The notes beneath the pieces are model-generated. The model was not told the DNA's origin. It did not search any database and saw nothing but the letters and a program-made list of their open reading frames with translations. A stretch of 60,255 nucleotides of DNA, the filler included. It is 4 parts of 4 records of this genome, joined end to end, with 100 filler letters (N's around TTAATTAATTAA, not from the genome) between each part and the next. Parts side by side here need not be neighbours in the genome. Positions count along the whole stretch, not along the records: positions 1 to 15,345 come from SRR31156797_10913; 3 more parts are not named here. The stretch is one strand, 5' to 3'. The stretch's first letter is position 1. Each line of letters starts with the position of its first letter. Made by a program: the position numbers and the translations under genes. Below are positions 1 to 10,717 of the stretch, in pieces.

Positions 1-1653
1 CAAATGAAGACCATTCAGGATGAGTTAGGTGGAGACCCTTCAGCACAAGAAGCTGAAGAATTAAAACAAAGAAGTAAAAAGAAAAAGTGGTCCAAAGAGA
101 TACAGGAAGCATTTAAAAAGGAACTGAAAAAACTACGCAGAATAAACCCTGCTACTCCGGAATATTCAGTTCAATTAAATTACCTCAATGTAATGCTCGA
201 CTTACCATGGGAAGAGGTTAGTAAAGACAACTTTGATCTGAAACGCGCCCAGGATATACTTGATAATGACCATTATGGTTTGGAAAAAGTAAAAGAGCGT
301 ATTATTGAGCACCTTGCCGTTTTAAAATTAAAAGGCGATCTCAAATCTCCAATTCTATGCCTATACGGCCCCCCCGGAGTTGGTAAAACATCTCTTGGAA
401 AATCTGTTGCCGAAGCATTAAACAGACAATATGTGCGCATGTCATTGGGTGGATTACACGACGAATCAGAGATACGTGGACACCGTAAAACTTATATTGG
501 TGCAATGCCAGGACGTATACTTCAAAATATGCGTAAAGCAAAAGCAGCAAACCCTGTTTTCATTTTAGACGAAATTGACAAAATTGGACGTGACGTGCAT
601 GGCGACCCCGAATCAGCCCTCCTAGAAGTGCTTGATCCAGAGCAAAATAGCACATTTCATGACAACTTCCTTGAACTGGACTATGATTTATCAAAAGTAC
701 TTTTTATAGCCACGGCCAATACCATTGGAAATATTCATCCAGCATTGCGTGATCGCATGGAAATGATCGAGGTTAGCGGTTATTTATTAGAAGAAAAAGT
801 TGAGATTGCAAAGCGTCACTTAATACCACAGCAACTTGAAAACCACGGCTTGAAAAAAAGCCAACTTAAATTCCCAGACGAAGTAATTGCTCATATCATT
901 GAGAATTACACACGCGAATCAGGTGTGCGAACCTTAAATAAAAAAATTGCGCAAGTTATGCGTCGTGTGGCTCGTAAAATAGCAACCGATGATAAATACA
1001 ACATAAGCATTCAACTAACAGATATCAGAGAGTACCTTGGAGTGCAGGACTATTTCAAGACACTATATCAGGGAAATGAACATGCCGGAGTTGTGACCGG
1101 ATTAGCCTGGACAGCTGCAGGAGGAGAAATACTTTTCATAGAATCCAGTCTGAGCAAAGGAAAAGGTAACTTTACCATTACCGGTAACCTTGGTGATGTG
1201 ATGAAAGAATCTGCTAAAATAGCTGTGGAATATTTACGTGCAAATTCTGGTATGTTTGATTTAGAATCAGATATTTTTGATAAATGGAATATTCACATTC
1301 ACATTCCTGAAGGGGCAATTCCAAAAGATGGTCCATCTGCGGGTATTACAATGGTTGTTTCTTTGGCCTCTGCATTTACACAAAGAAAAGTAAAAAAAGG
1401 TCTGGCTATGACCGGTGAAATAACTTTAAGAGGGAAAGTACTTCCGGTAGGTGGAATCAAAGAAAAAATATTAGCAGCAAAGCGGGCAGGATTAAAAGAA
1501 ATTATCCTATCAGAAATGAATAAAAAAGATCTTGAGGAGATCAAACCAATATATTTGAAAGGACTTAAATTTCATTTTGTTGATACTATTTCAGATGTGT
1601 TGAATATAGCATTAACAAAACAAAAAGTGGCAAATCCGTTAAAATTGAACTAA
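1..1653 (+). CDS. lon: ATP-dependent Lon protease, 5'-truncated by the window edge
   Basis: Walker [22 protein letters not shown], Walker B ILDEIDK, catalytic PKDGPSAG Ser motif and downstream Lys. Confidence 0.97.
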   Translation, partial: QMKTIQDELGGDPSAQEAEELKQRSKKKKWSKEIQEAFKKELKKLRRINPATPEYSVQLNYLNVMLDLPWEEVSKDNFDLKRAQDILDNDHYGLEKVKERIIEHLAVLKLKGDLKSPILCLYGPPGVGKTSLGKSVAEALNRQYVRMSLGGLHDESEIRGHRKTYIGAMPGRILQNMRKAKAANPVFILDEIDKIGRDVHGDPESALLEVLDPEQNSTFHDNFLELDYDLSKVLFIATANTIGNIHPALRDRMEMIEVSGYLLEEKVEIAKRHLIPQQLENHGLKKSQLKFPDEVIAHIIENYTRESGVRTLNKKIAQVMRRVARKIATDDKYNISIQLTDIREYLGVQDYFKTLYQGNEHAGVVTGLAWTAAGGEILFIESSLSKGKGNFTITGNLGDVMKESAKIAVEYLRANSGMFDLESDIFDKWNIHIHIPEGAIPKDGPSAGITMVVSLASAFTQRKVKKGLAMTGEITLRGKVLPVGGIKEKILAAKRAGLKEIILSEMNKKDLEEIKPIYLKGLKFHFVDTISDVLNIALTKQKVANPLKLN

Positions 1654-1666
1654 TTTTAAAAGAAAA

Positions 1667-2188
1667 ATGTCGTTTACACTTTTCTTATCTTTATTCTTTA
1701 TAGGTGCAGGTCTGGGTCTCGTTTTAAAAGCTGCCTTCAAACTTGAATTACCTATGCCCCGGTATCTTTTAGGCGTTTTTGTTTTGCTAATTGGTATTCA
1801 TTTCATGATTGTTCAGCTCAACAAATCTACCGATACAGATACCTTCACTGTTTTTATGAATAATAGAAGTTTCAATCATAACATTAGTAACTCCAATGAG
1901 TATGTTGTCATTTTTGGGAATTCCTCAATTAACCTTGAGAATATTGACCCTGATAATAGTCAAATGGACATAACCATCTCAGTTGTTTTTGGCAATGCAG
2001 ATGTTTATTTACCGGATAGCATCCCATATATTATTGAGAGTAATATTGCGTTTGGTGGTACAGATGGAAACGGCCCTAATAATGGTGGCATTGGTGATTT
2101 CACATCCTATTCAAGTGATTTCACAGCTGACACAACTTATCTTACCATAAGAGCTAATGTCTCTTTTGGTTCTATTACCTGGAGGTAG
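1667..2188 (+). CDS. Membrane protein with LiaF/DUF2154-like C-terminal beta domain
   Basis: Two N-terminal TM helices; repeated VIFG/VVFG/IAFG/VSFG motifs. Confidence 0.6.
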   Translation: MSFTLFLSLFFIGAGLGLVLKAAFKLELPMPRYLLGVFVLLIGIHFMIVQLNKSTDTDTFTVFMNNRSFNHNISNSNEYVVIFGNSSINLENIDPDNSQMDITISVVFGNADVYLPDSIPYIIESNIAFGGTDGNGPNNGGIGDFTSYSSDFTADTTYLTIRANVSFGSITWR

Positions 2189-2266
2189 TTTTAATTTAAG
2201 GGTTTCTGGACAATATCAATTGGAAACAAAAGCTTAATAAACTTACCGAACTAAATATCAACATAC

Positions 2267-2294
2267 AAAAAAAGGGCTGCTTAAAAGCAACCCT
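2267..2294 (-). terminator. Intrinsic terminator after C1 peptidase
   Basis: AGGGCTGC/GCAACCCT stem with a 5' A-tract on + (U-tract on -). Confidence 0.6.
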
Positions 2295-2316
2295 GGTTCT
2301 TTATAAAACAGATTAG

Positions 2317-3453
2317 TTATTTCAATCCAATCTTTTTCTTAATATGCTTTGGTACAGCATCTTTATGTACCATGTATGCAATGGTTTTAGCTTTTACGTA
2401 AGGTAAAGACATGTGTAACTTTCCACCAAAATCATTTGAGCTTTCGTCCCAGGAATTTTTAATAATGTAATATTTATTTCCATCGGCATCTTTAGAGGTT
2501 CCAATTAAATGCATCAAATGATCATCAGTTGACTTATGCGAGAAAAACATATTTTCGCGTGTTTCTGAAGTGACTTCCTTCTCAGGCATTATCTGAAATT
2601 TAAACAATTCATCTTTTAAACCTTCCTTAGTTGGCAAAACAGCAATTTCATTTCTATGATCAAAGCCGGTTTCACTCACATCTCCATCCCAGCACACAGT
2701 ATGGCCATTCTCGATAGCAAAATCAATTATTTCAATAAATTCATCAAGCTTCACATTGTAATAGTGATCGTAAGACCAATTGTCAGGAATATCAAGATTT
2801 ACTTTTTGATAATATGGATATTGATTAAATGATGTAAATTCCACATAATCATCAGGATTTATAGCCATTTCATTTTGAAACTCTTTTGGCGTCATTTGTT
2901 TTCCGTTCCACTCAAAACTTTCAGGTGTTTCTCCCAAATAAATATCAAGCACACTTTGCAATGCTTGTGGCCACAATTCCATTTTTGTATCCAATTTAGA
3001 AAGCTTTTTAAGCATTCCGCTCATTAGCGCTACCATCTCAGAATGATTTTGGTATTCTCCTTTGTATTGCTTTCCGGCATATGCAGTTTCAGGCATTAAG
3101 CCAATATCTCGAATAATATTTGTAACATCGTGGGCTTGTCCTCCCTGCGAAAAATTTGCTAACCCATGACGCATAATATACCTTCTTGCTTTATCAATAT
3201 ATGCATGGTAAACATAAAACATCTCACTTAAGTCAACGGTATCATTTTTTAAACGAATAATCTCAGACTCAAGATAAGATATAGTCGCATAGCTCCAACA
3301 AGTACCGGAAATTCCTTGATTTTTCACGGGCGAATGTGGAAGCTCATTTACAATCTCAAAACCATATCCTTTTTCTTCGATTTCTTCCTGAGCAATGACA
3401 AAAAAGGGTATAAGAATTAACGTTAAAACAAAATATAAATATCTCATAATCAT
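2317..3453 (-). CDS. C1-family cysteine aminopeptidase (PepC/bleomycin hydrolase-like), secreted
   Basis: QGISGTCWSY catalytic Cys, DHLMH His, KNSW Asn motif, signal peptide. Confidence 0.92.
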   Translation of the reverse strand: MIMRYLYFVLTLILIPFFVIAQEEIEEKGYGFEIVNELPHSPVKNQGISGTCWSYATISYLESEIIRLKNDTVDLSEMFYVYHAYIDKARRYIMRHGLANFSQGGQAHDVTNIIRDIGLMPETAYAGKQYKGEYQNHSEMVALMSGMLKKLSKLDTKMELWPQALQSVLDIYLGETPESFEWNGKQMTPKEFQNEMAINPDDYVEFTSFNQYPYYQKVNLDIPDNWSYDHYYNVKLDEFIEIIDFAIENGHTVCWDGDVSETGFDHRNEIAVLPTKEGLKDELFKFQIMPEKEVTSETRENMFFSHKSTDDHLMHLIGTSKDADGNKYYIIKNSWDESSNDFGGKLHMSLPYVKAKTIAYMVHKDAVPKHIKKKIGLK

Positions 3454-3508
3454 ATACTTGAAATTATTTGCTTTTGTGGAATAAGAAAATTAATAATACT
3501 ATTATCAT

Positions 3509-3886
3509 CTATTTCAAAAACCGATCAATAGTAGCGTATAGCTTATTAATATTGATAGGTTTTACTATGTATTCATCGCAACCGGACTCAATTCCTTTTT
3601 CACGTCCGCCTTCAATAGAATGAGCAGTTTGGGCAATAATTGGAAGATTAACCCTGATTTTTTTAATAGCAGTTGAAGCTTCATATCCATCCATTCCAGG
3701 CATTTGTATGTCCATAAGCACAAGATCGACATCATCATTCTCACGACAATAATCAACAGCTTCCTGTCCATTAAGCACACGCTTTATACTTGCACCTGTA
3801 TCCTGTAGTATTTTTTCTAAAAATCGGTAATTTACATCAATATCTTCTGCTATGAGAATGTTCTTGTCTGACCAATTGTAATCCAT
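3509..3886 (-). CDS. Single-domain response regulator receiver
   Basis: ILIAED, LVLMDIQMPGMDG, IIAQTA, KP; start placed at MDYNW (ORF track starts at 3907). Confidence 0.92.
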   Translation of the reverse strand: MDYNWSDKNILIAEDIDVNYRFLEKILQDTGASIKRVLNGQEAVDYCRENDDVDLVLMDIQMPGMDGYEASTAIKKIRVNLPIIAQTAHSIEGGREKGIESGCDEYIVKPININKLYATIDRFLK

Positions 3887-3956
3887 TACACCCGTTTTAT
3901 TATGCAATTAACTATATTTTTTTGACATATTCCAGTTTTTTTTAACTCCCTGGCTA

Positions 3957-5057
3957 TTATGATTGATCAGCTTCCTTCTCTAAATCAGAAATATCAGCAT
4001 CCTGGCCTGTTTCAAATTTTTGTTTTGTTAGGGGATTCGCTGATGCTTCTTCATAAGCTCTTCGTTTACGAGAAATATCTGAAGCTAAATAAATCGCATT
4101 TCGCATCGAAGCTGGATTACCAAGGTCTTTACCCACAATATCAAAGGCCGTTCCGTGTCCTGGCGAAGTTCTTACAACTGGCAATCCTGCTGAATAATTT
4201 ACTCCTTCACCTTGAGAAAGCACTTTGAAAGGAATCAATCCCTGATCATGATACATAGCTAAAACAGCATCATACTGAGTATAGGCACCTGACCCAAAAA
4301 ATCCATCAGCAGGAAATGGGCCCACAGCCATAATACCTTCATCACGGGCTTTATCAATGGCTGGTGTAATAATATCGCGGTCTTCTGTTCCGATAATGCC
4401 ATTGTCACCTGCATGTGGATTTAATCCAAGCACGGCAATTTTTCCTTTCGACAATCCAAAATCACGCAACAAGCTATCTCCCAACACTTTTAGTTTATTA
4501 TAAACAATCTCTTTTGTCAATACTCCCGACACATCTTTTAAGGGAATATGTGCTGTCACAACTCCAATTCTCAAATCATTATAAACCATCAACATCAACA
4601 CATCTTCGCTATTAAATTGTTTCTGGAAATACTCTGTATGCCCGGGAAAGCTAAATCCGGCTTCCTGAATATTTTCTTTACAAATTGGAGCGGTCACCAT
4701 GGCATCGATAGCTCCGGCTGTCATATCAGCAACCATTTTATCCAAAGCCACCAGAGAACATTCTCCAGCCATCTTAGTGCTTTTACCTAGTTCAACCCGA
4801 ACATTATCGTCAAGCACATTTATAAGATTTGCTCGTTTAGGATTAGCCTCATCAGCTATTCTAATGGCATTGAAACTAAAGTTTTCAATATCTAATGCTT
4901 TACGATGATATGCGGCAACTTTCGGCGAACCATATAAAACAGGCGTACACATATCGTTCATTCGTGGATCGTTCAGTGCTTTTATGATAACTTCATAACT
5001 AATCCCATTAATATCTCCCTGTGATATACCAACTTTTATTTTTGAATCTTTCTTCAT
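3957..5057 (-). CDS. pdxA: 4-hydroxythreonine-4-phosphate dehydrogenase
   Basis: GDINGIS, FPGHTEY, GLNPHAG, AMYHDQGL, RTSPGHGTAFDI. Confidence 0.95.
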   Translation of the reverse strand: MKKDSKIKVGISQGDINGISYEVIIKALNDPRMNDMCTPVLYGSPKVAAYHRKALDIENFSFNAIRIADEANPKRANLINVLDDNVRVELGKSTKMAGECSLVALDKMVADMTAGAIDAMVTAPICKENIQEAGFSFPGHTEYFQKQFNSEDVLMLMVYNDLRIGVVTAHIPLKDVSGVLTKEIVYNKLKVLGDSLLRDFGLSKGKIAVLGLNPHAGDNGIIGTEDRDIITPAIDKARDEGIMAVGPFPADGFFGSGAYTQYDAVLAMYHDQGLIPFKVLSQGEGVNYSAGLPVVRTSPGHGTAFDIVGKDLGNPASMRNAIYLASDISRKRRAYEEASANPLTKQKFETGQDADISDLEKEADQS

Positions 5058-5090
5058 CTTTAATTTCTTTTGATCTTACAAATAAACATA

Positions 5091-6530
5091 TTATTTCGTG
5101 AGCGACTTCACAAAGTCATATAATAATCTCACTCCCACACCTGTTGCACCAAATTTATGATAAAATCTGGGTTGATGTGTGAAAGCAACACCTGCGATAT
5201 CCAAATGTATAAATGGATGGTTTGTGAACTTTTCCAGGAATTTTCCTGCAGTTATTGCTCCAGCGGAAGGACCTCCCAGATTTTTCATGTCTGCAATATC
5301 GGATTTCAGCATTGTAGCATAATCATCCCAAAAAGGAAACCTCACAACTCGTTCGTAAGTATTGAATCCTGACATATCCAATTTCATAAAATATTCGTCT
5401 TTGGCATTACCCATGACAGCAATTCCGTGAGGCCCAATAGCTCTTGCTGCTGCTCCGGTTAAAGTAGCAATTGAAAGTATAAACTCAGGCTCATACTTAT
5501 CAGCATAGCTTAGCGCATCTGCCAAAATTAGTCTACCCTCAGCATCAGTATTCATTACCTCAACTGTTTTGCCATTATACATGGTAATTATATCACCGGG
5601 CGAATAGGAAGTAGCATCCACACGGTTATCGGTTGCCGGAATTAAAGCAATTGCATGCACCGGCATTTTATTTCGGGCTATACTATACATTAAACCAGCT
5701 ACCGCAGCACCACCTGCCATATCAGACTTCATGTAATCCATACTTTTTTCAGTGGGCTTAATACTCAAACCACCACTATCATACATAACCCCTTTACCCA
5801 CAAAAATAAATGGTTTCTTATTCTTAGCTTTTGGATGTTTCCATTCAAGTTTCACGAGCACAGGTGGCTCTTTACTTCCCTGATTAACAGCAAGAATACC
5901 TCCCATATTCATCTTTTGAAGATCTTCTTTGCGATAAAGCTCAACATTTAACCCGGAATTGTGAGCTTGTTGCGTGACAATATCAGCGAAACGGGTAGCA
6001 TTTAGTGTTGAAGCGGGTTCATTTACCAGATCTCGGGTAAAAGCAACTGCCTGAATCATCACTTCAAGTTCTTCAATATCCTGATCTTTAAATTTTACAT
6101 TGAAAATATTGAGTCTCTTTAATGACTTTTTCGGCTCCTTTTGGTTTTTATATTTATCAAAGCGATAGAGTGACAATAATAGTCCCTCAGTCAATGCTTT
6201 TGTGGGTTCAATTGCACCTGTATTATCGATAATTGTTAAAAAATCCAGTTCATTTTTATTGACAAAATCAGCTAACTCCACACCAGTGCGTCTTAGCGAT
6301 TCTGCTTCATCTTTGCAATCATTCTTGCAGCCTGTAACCACAATAAAATTCCAATGGTAAAAATAGTTTAGTGGAATGAGCTTAACGTCTTGAGCAATCT
6401 GATGTTGAATAAAATCCTTTTCACGATCAGAGAATAGATTTTTATCTAGTTTGTCAAAGCTATTTACTACAAAAACAGCATTCACCAACTGAGGCTTTTC
6501 TTTAACCAAATTAAATATTAAATCGTCCAT
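5091..6530 (-). CDS. pepA: M17 leucyl aminopeptidase
   Basis: VGKGVMYDSGG, KSDMAG, NTDAEGRL. Confidence 0.93.
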   Translation of the reverse strand: MDDLIFNLVKEKPQLVNAVFVVNSFDKLDKNLFSDREKDFIQHQIAQDVKLIPLNYFYHWNFIVVTGCKNDCKDEAESLRRTGVELADFVNKNELDFLTIIDNTGAIEPTKALTEGLLLSLYRFDKYKNQKEPKKSLKRLNIFNVKFKDQDIEELEVMIQAVAFTRDLVNEPASTLNATRFADIVTQQAHNSGLNVELYRKEDLQKMNMGGILAVNQGSKEPPVLVKLEWKHPKAKNKKPFIFVGKGVMYDSGGLSIKPTEKSMDYMKSDMAGGAAVAGLMYSIARNKMPVHAIALIPATDNRVDATSYSPGDIITMYNGKTVEVMNTDAEGRLILADALSYADKYEPEFILSIATLTGAAARAIGPHGIAVMGNAKDEYFMKLDMSGFNTYERVVRFPFWDDYATMLKSDIADMKNLGGPSAGAITAGKFLEKFTNHPFIHLDIAGVAFTHQPRFYHKFGATGVGVRLLYDFVKSLTK

Positions 6531-6630
6531 TTTAGGTCAAATTTGATTCATCGTAAAGGTACAAATTTCAATGAAAATTCGTCAAATATGCAGGGATAAC
6601 TATTTTTGTAGAATATTTAAACATATTTCG

Positions 6631-7722
6631 ATGCAAATACCATCCGACATAAAAAACAAAATACGCGAAAGCATTTCTATTTCTAAAAAAGAAGCTCTTG
6701 ATTTGTTCTATACTGGACCACTGACAGAATTAATGGAATTGGCTCATGAACAAAGAATGCAAAAAAACGACCCAAAATATGTGGGGTGGATTATTGATCG
6801 TAATGTAAATATCACCAACGGTTGTTTCAGTCAATGCACCTTTTGTAATTTTTGTGTAAAACCTGGCAGTGAAAATGAATACATCACTAATATTGATCAA
6901 TATCGTGAAAAAATTGATACTTTATTTAAACTGGGAGGAGACCAACTATTACTGCAAGGCGGCATGCATCCGAAACTTGGATTAAGTTTCTACACCAAAC
7001 TTTTTAGTGACCTCAAAACAATATATCCAAAATTAAAATTGCATGCATTGGGACCTGCAGAAGTGCACTTTTTAGCCAAGAAGGCAAAACTAACAGTTTC
7101 AGCCACATTAAAAGAGCTCACTTCTGCCGGGATGGATAGTCTGCCGGGAGCAGGTGCAGAAATATTGGTAGATAGAGTTCGTGATATTATTTCACCAGCA
7201 AAATGCACAGCCGATGAATGGCTCAATGTGATGCGCGAAGCTCATCAATTGGGAATGGTTACCTCGGCTACCATGATGTTTGGACACATTGAAACTATTG
7301 AAGAGCGCATTGAGCATTTAATTCGCTTGCGAGAAGTTCAAACAGAAAAACCAGAAGGGGCTCCCGGATTTGTAACTTTTATTCCATGGCCATTTATGTC
7401 AGAAGGAACCAAATTACTTGAAAAGTTCCCAAACATTGAACCTGTGTTTTCAGAAGAGTATTTGCGCATGATAGCGATTAGCCGATTAGTGTTAGATAAT
7501 ATTCCAAACCTGCAAGCATCATTGCTAACAGTAGGTGAAGAAATTGCCAAATTATGTCTTTTTGCCGGAGCCAACGACCTTGGTTCTATCATGATTGAGG
7601 AAAATGTAGTTTCCAGCGCCGGGGTTCAGCGAACCATTGAAAAAAATACGATAACAGACGCCATTCGCGCAGCTGGATTCACTCCAAGGTTGAGAAATCA
7701 AGCGTATGAGTTTGTGGAGTAG
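6631..7722 (+). CDS. mqnC: CofH/MqnC-family radical SAM enzyme, probably dehypoxanthine futalosine cyclase
   Basis: DRNVNITN, CxxxCxxC (CFSQCTFC), LLQGGMHP, PGAGAEIL, GANDLGS-MIEENV; TAnnTTTG promoter at 6601-6608. Confidence 0.8.
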   Translation: MQIPSDIKNKIRESISISKKEALDLFYTGPLTELMELAHEQRMQKNDPKYVGWIIDRNVNITNGCFSQCTFCNFCVKPGSENEYITNIDQYREKIDTLFKLGGDQLLLQGGMHPKLGLSFYTKLFSDLKTIYPKLKLHALGPAEVHFLAKKAKLTVSATLKELTSAGMDSLPGAGAEILVDRVRDIISPAKCTADEWLNVMREAHQLGMVTSATMMFGHIETIEERIEHLIRLREVQTEKPEGAPGFVTFIPWPFMSEGTKLLEKFPNIEPVFSEEYLRMIAISRLVLDNIPNLQASLLTVGEEIAKLCLFAGANDLGSIMIEENVVSSAGVQRTIEKNTITDAIRAAGFTPRLRNQAYEFVE

Positions 7723-7738
7723 ATAAAAGGCGCTAATT

Positions 7739-7823
7739 AGTCGGGGTCCGACTCTGGTATATAAACTAACGGTTAAGTTTGAAATTGTAAAACTTCAATA
7801 AACTAAAGTCGGGCCCCGACTTT
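7739..7823. repeat. 85-bp REP-doublet/MITE-like element, copy 1
   Basis: Two palindromes, AGTCGG-GGT-CCGACT and AAAGTCGGG-C-CCCGACTTT, inverted relative to each other; 49-bp spacer. Confidence 0.7.
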
Positions 7824-7828
7824 TAAAC

Positions 7829-9142
7829 CTATTCCGCTAAGATGACCCTTCGGGAATCTTTTTGTTTCCCATCTGTACAAACTACAAAATAAATCCCCGG
7901 ATTTAATTTCTCACCGGATTCTGAAGTACCATTCCATTGATAAGAATAATTACCATCATTTATTGAATTAGGAAGTAGCGTTTTTACTTTTTGCGATTTC
8001 AGATTATATATACTCACATCGGGTACTTTATCCCATTTTAAGCTACTAACCTGAATATTGAGATTTTCTTTAAACGGATTTGGATAACCCGTTAATTGAA
8101 TTCCATCTTCTGGATCAGGATCAATGGCACCAATATCATCGTGTTTTGCATCACGTTTATAATAAATCTCATAGATGGTATCTTTGTCTTCCATCCAAAG
8201 ATAATCGATATAATCTTCACTAAATTTCAGATAGGCTATAGAAGGATGCAGTGGATTTCCCGGTACAGTATCTCTTATCTCCAAGTTAAATTCATTATAA
8301 AAAGCATGGAAAAGGGTATCTCTTCTTTTAAAAAGGAAACTAAATCCAATTGGTGGAATTACATCATCTACACACAAATAATCTACTGGATAATCATTAG
8401 AGAAAACTTCACCACCATGAATAACAATTTGTTTATTTTGATTCAAATTAAGAAAAAAATCGTAATACTGATTAAAATTAACTCCGGGGAAAGTACCTTG
8501 CGCACGGTATAAATTACTGTAAAGCGCGCTAAAACCATAAATCGAATCGTTATCAAACTGAATTGAAATTGCGGGATCAAATTCATAATATCCAGACAAA
8601 TCTTCTGCACAAGCATAATCAATTATTGTATCTCTGGTGAAAAAAACTTCACGGCTAAGATTCTTATTAGCATAATCTGATTGTATTAGTGATTCAGTAC
8701 CATCATTATTTTCTTGAATGTAATAAAGTAAATAATAGCTGCCAATTTGAGGATCTCTGGAATTTAAAGTAGTATCGGAAACACAAATTGGTTCACTCCA
8801 GACAAAATCGTTTGATGCTGTTGTTAAATATATTTCTTGTACAGAATCTATTCTTTCAAAAACCATTGAATAATCGCCATTATGATATGCTATACTAGGG
8901 TTTTTCCCTTCAGTTATTACAAAAGGTTCTCCCCAACCTTCTTCATATTTAACACCCTTAATAACAAGTCCATTCTCAGAACTGTCTGTAAAAACAGCAT
9001 ATTTATCTGTTCCCTCGCCCCTTACAATTTTTCGTTGATTGTGGTTTGCAATGGCATTGGGATCTTTTGTAGTAGCAATTAATGTTTGTGCATTTACTGA
9101 ATAGCTAAATGACAATAGTAGCAGTAATAAATTGATTTTCAT
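7829..9142 (-). CDS. Secreted protein with type IX secretion C-terminal sorting domain
   Basis: Signal peptide; C-terminal YPNPF...IYNLKSQKV...WNG...GIYFV. Confidence 0.85.
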   Translation of the reverse strand: MKINLLLLLLSFSYSVNAQTLIATTKDPNAIANHNQRKIVRGEGTDKYAVFTDSSENGLVIKGVKYEEGWGEPFVITEGKNPSIAYHNGDYSMVFERIDSVQEIYLTTASNDFVWSEPICVSDTTLNSRDPQIGSYYLLYYIQENNDGTESLIQSDYANKNLSREVFFTRDTIIDYACAEDLSGYYEFDPAISIQFDNDSIYGFSALYSNLYRAQGTFPGVNFNQYYDFFLNLNQNKQIVIHGGEVFSNDYPVDYLCVDDVIPPIGFSFLFKRRDTLFHAFYNEFNLEIRDTVPGNPLHPSIAYLKFSEDYIDYLWMEDKDTIYEIYYKRDAKHDDIGAIDPDPEDGIQLTGYPNPFKENLNIQVSSLKWDKVPDVSIYNLKSQKVKTLLPNSINDGNYSYQWNGTSESGEKLNPGIYFVVCTDGKQKDSRRVILAE

Positions 9143-9222
9143 AGCTGTATATTTAAGTTAGATAAAACAAATTTAATAAAAAACAACTTGAAAGATGCTG
9201 TACTTTAAAAAATATTTTTGAA

Positions 9223-9307
9223 AGTTAGAGTCCGACTCTTATCAATGAAGTAAGATAAACTTTTCAATTTGTCAAAATTCTATTAGCTAAAGTCGGGCTC
9301 TGACTCT
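9223..9307. repeat. 85-bp REP-doublet/MITE-like element, copy 2 (degenerate)
   Basis: Aligns without gaps to 7739-7823; ends AGTTAGAGTCCGACTCT and AAAGTCGGGCTCTGACTCT. Confidence 0.65.
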
Positions 9308-9323
9308 CTCAGAATTAAGTATC

Positions 9324-9938
9324 TTAAAACAACCCGTGTAACGAAGCATTCACTTGATCTACAATATGTGATAAATCTTCAGGTCTGTTTGCAAAATCCC
9401 TGTCATCCACATCTACAACTAAAAGTTTGCCATCAGTATATCCGCTTATCCATGCTTCATAGCGCTCATTCAGGCGCTTTAAATAATCGATGCGAATGGT
9501 CTTTTCATAATCACGACCCCGTTTTTCTATTTGATTTACAAGTGTACCAACCGATGAACGCAAATAAATTAAAAGATCAGGCGGTGAAATCAATGAACTC
9601 ATTAAACTAAACAGACGAAAATAATTATCAAAATCACGTTTTGACATCAAGCCCATATCGTGCAAGTTAGGTGCAAAGATATAGGCATCTTCATATATCG
9701 TACGATCCTGAATTACGGTTAATCCAGATTTTTGGATATCCAATATTTGACTAAACCGACTATTTAAAAAATAGATTTGTAAGTTAAATGACCACCGTTG
9801 CATATCATTATAAAAATCATTCAAATATGGATTGTCGTCTACATCTTCGTAGTGGGTCTCCCAACCAAATTGCTTTGCTAATTTTCCAGTAAGCGTTGTT
9901 TTTCCAGATCCAATATTTCCTGCTATGGCCAAATGCAT
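9324..9938 (-). CDS. Deoxynucleoside kinase
   Basis: AGNIGSGKTT P-loop, QDRTIYED, PDLLIYL, RGRDYE. Confidence 0.92.
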   Translation of the reverse strand: MHLAIAGNIGSGKTTLTGKLAKQFGWETHYEDVDDNPYLNDFYNDMQRWSFNLQIYFLNSRFSQILDIQKSGLTVIQDRTIYEDAYIFAPNLHDMGLMSKRDFDNYFRLFSLMSSLISPPDLLIYLRSSVGTLVNQIEKRGRDYEKTIRIDYLKRLNERYEAWISGYTDGKLLVVDVDDRDFANRPEDLSHIVDQVNASLHGLF

Positions 9939-9941
9939 ATG

Positions 9942-10712
9942 CTATTTTTTTAGTTTAGTAATTCGATTTCCTTCTAACAAATATAGTTGATTTTTACTTT
10001 CAATAATGCCGATAACCTGATCATTTATTGACGAAATTGTATCAAAGGAATTAAACTTATAAGAAAATCTTAATGCCTGATTACCAGACGAGTAAAACAA
10101 TCTTTCGTTTCCTATCCAGCTAAAATCCAATGAGTTAAACGAATGCTTACTTACAAATGATCCAAAATGGTCAAACACTAGTAATTCATGGTCAGAAGTG
10201 ACCATTAATAACATATTTCCGCGCTTGGCAAAATGTACAATATTTTCTGCTGAAGTATATTGACGATAAACAACTCCGGCTTGCAATACATTTAAAGATC
10301 GGTCAATAAGTTTAAGCTGTCCCGTTTGCTCGTCAGCAATCCACAATTGATCATCAGTTCCAAGGCATGCTGCAGCAACATCAAAAAAACCACCATCACT
10401 CAGCTCAATAGAATGTCCTAGTGGCGCCATTTGATGATTAAGCATCAATACACTATTGGTATTTTTGTAAAAGACTAAAATCTTAAGGCCTTTATAACAA
10501 TCAATTTGATAAATATCTCCCAACAATTGATCCTGATGCTCAGCCAGAACCTTCCCATTTGTATTTACTTTCTTCAATACAGTGCCATCACTCAGATAAA
10601 TATGACCCAATATATCTGCATCAAATATTTTCCAATCACCTTCAGGTAACTTTTGACTGATTCCAGCAAAAGCTGTAAGAAAAAAAACAAGGGTAATTAG
10701 AAAATTTTTCAT
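9942..10712 (-). CDS. Hypothetical secreted, probably beta-propeller protein
   Basis: 256-aa ORF with signal peptide, tightly packed in the operon. Confidence 0.7.
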   Translation of the reverse strand: MKNFLITLVFFLTAFAGISQKLPEGDWKIFDADILGHIYLSDGTVLKKVNTNGKVLAEHQDQLLGDIYQIDCYKGLKILVFYKNTNSVLMLNHQMAPLGHSIELSDGGFFDVAAACLGTDDQLWIADEQTGQLKLIDRSLNVLQAGVVYRQYTSAENIVHFAKRGNMLLMVTSDHELLVFDHFGSFVSKHSFNSLDFSWIGNERLFYSSGNQALRFSYKFNSFDTISSINDQVIGIIESKNQLYLLEGNRITKLKK

Positions 10713-10717
10713 TCATT

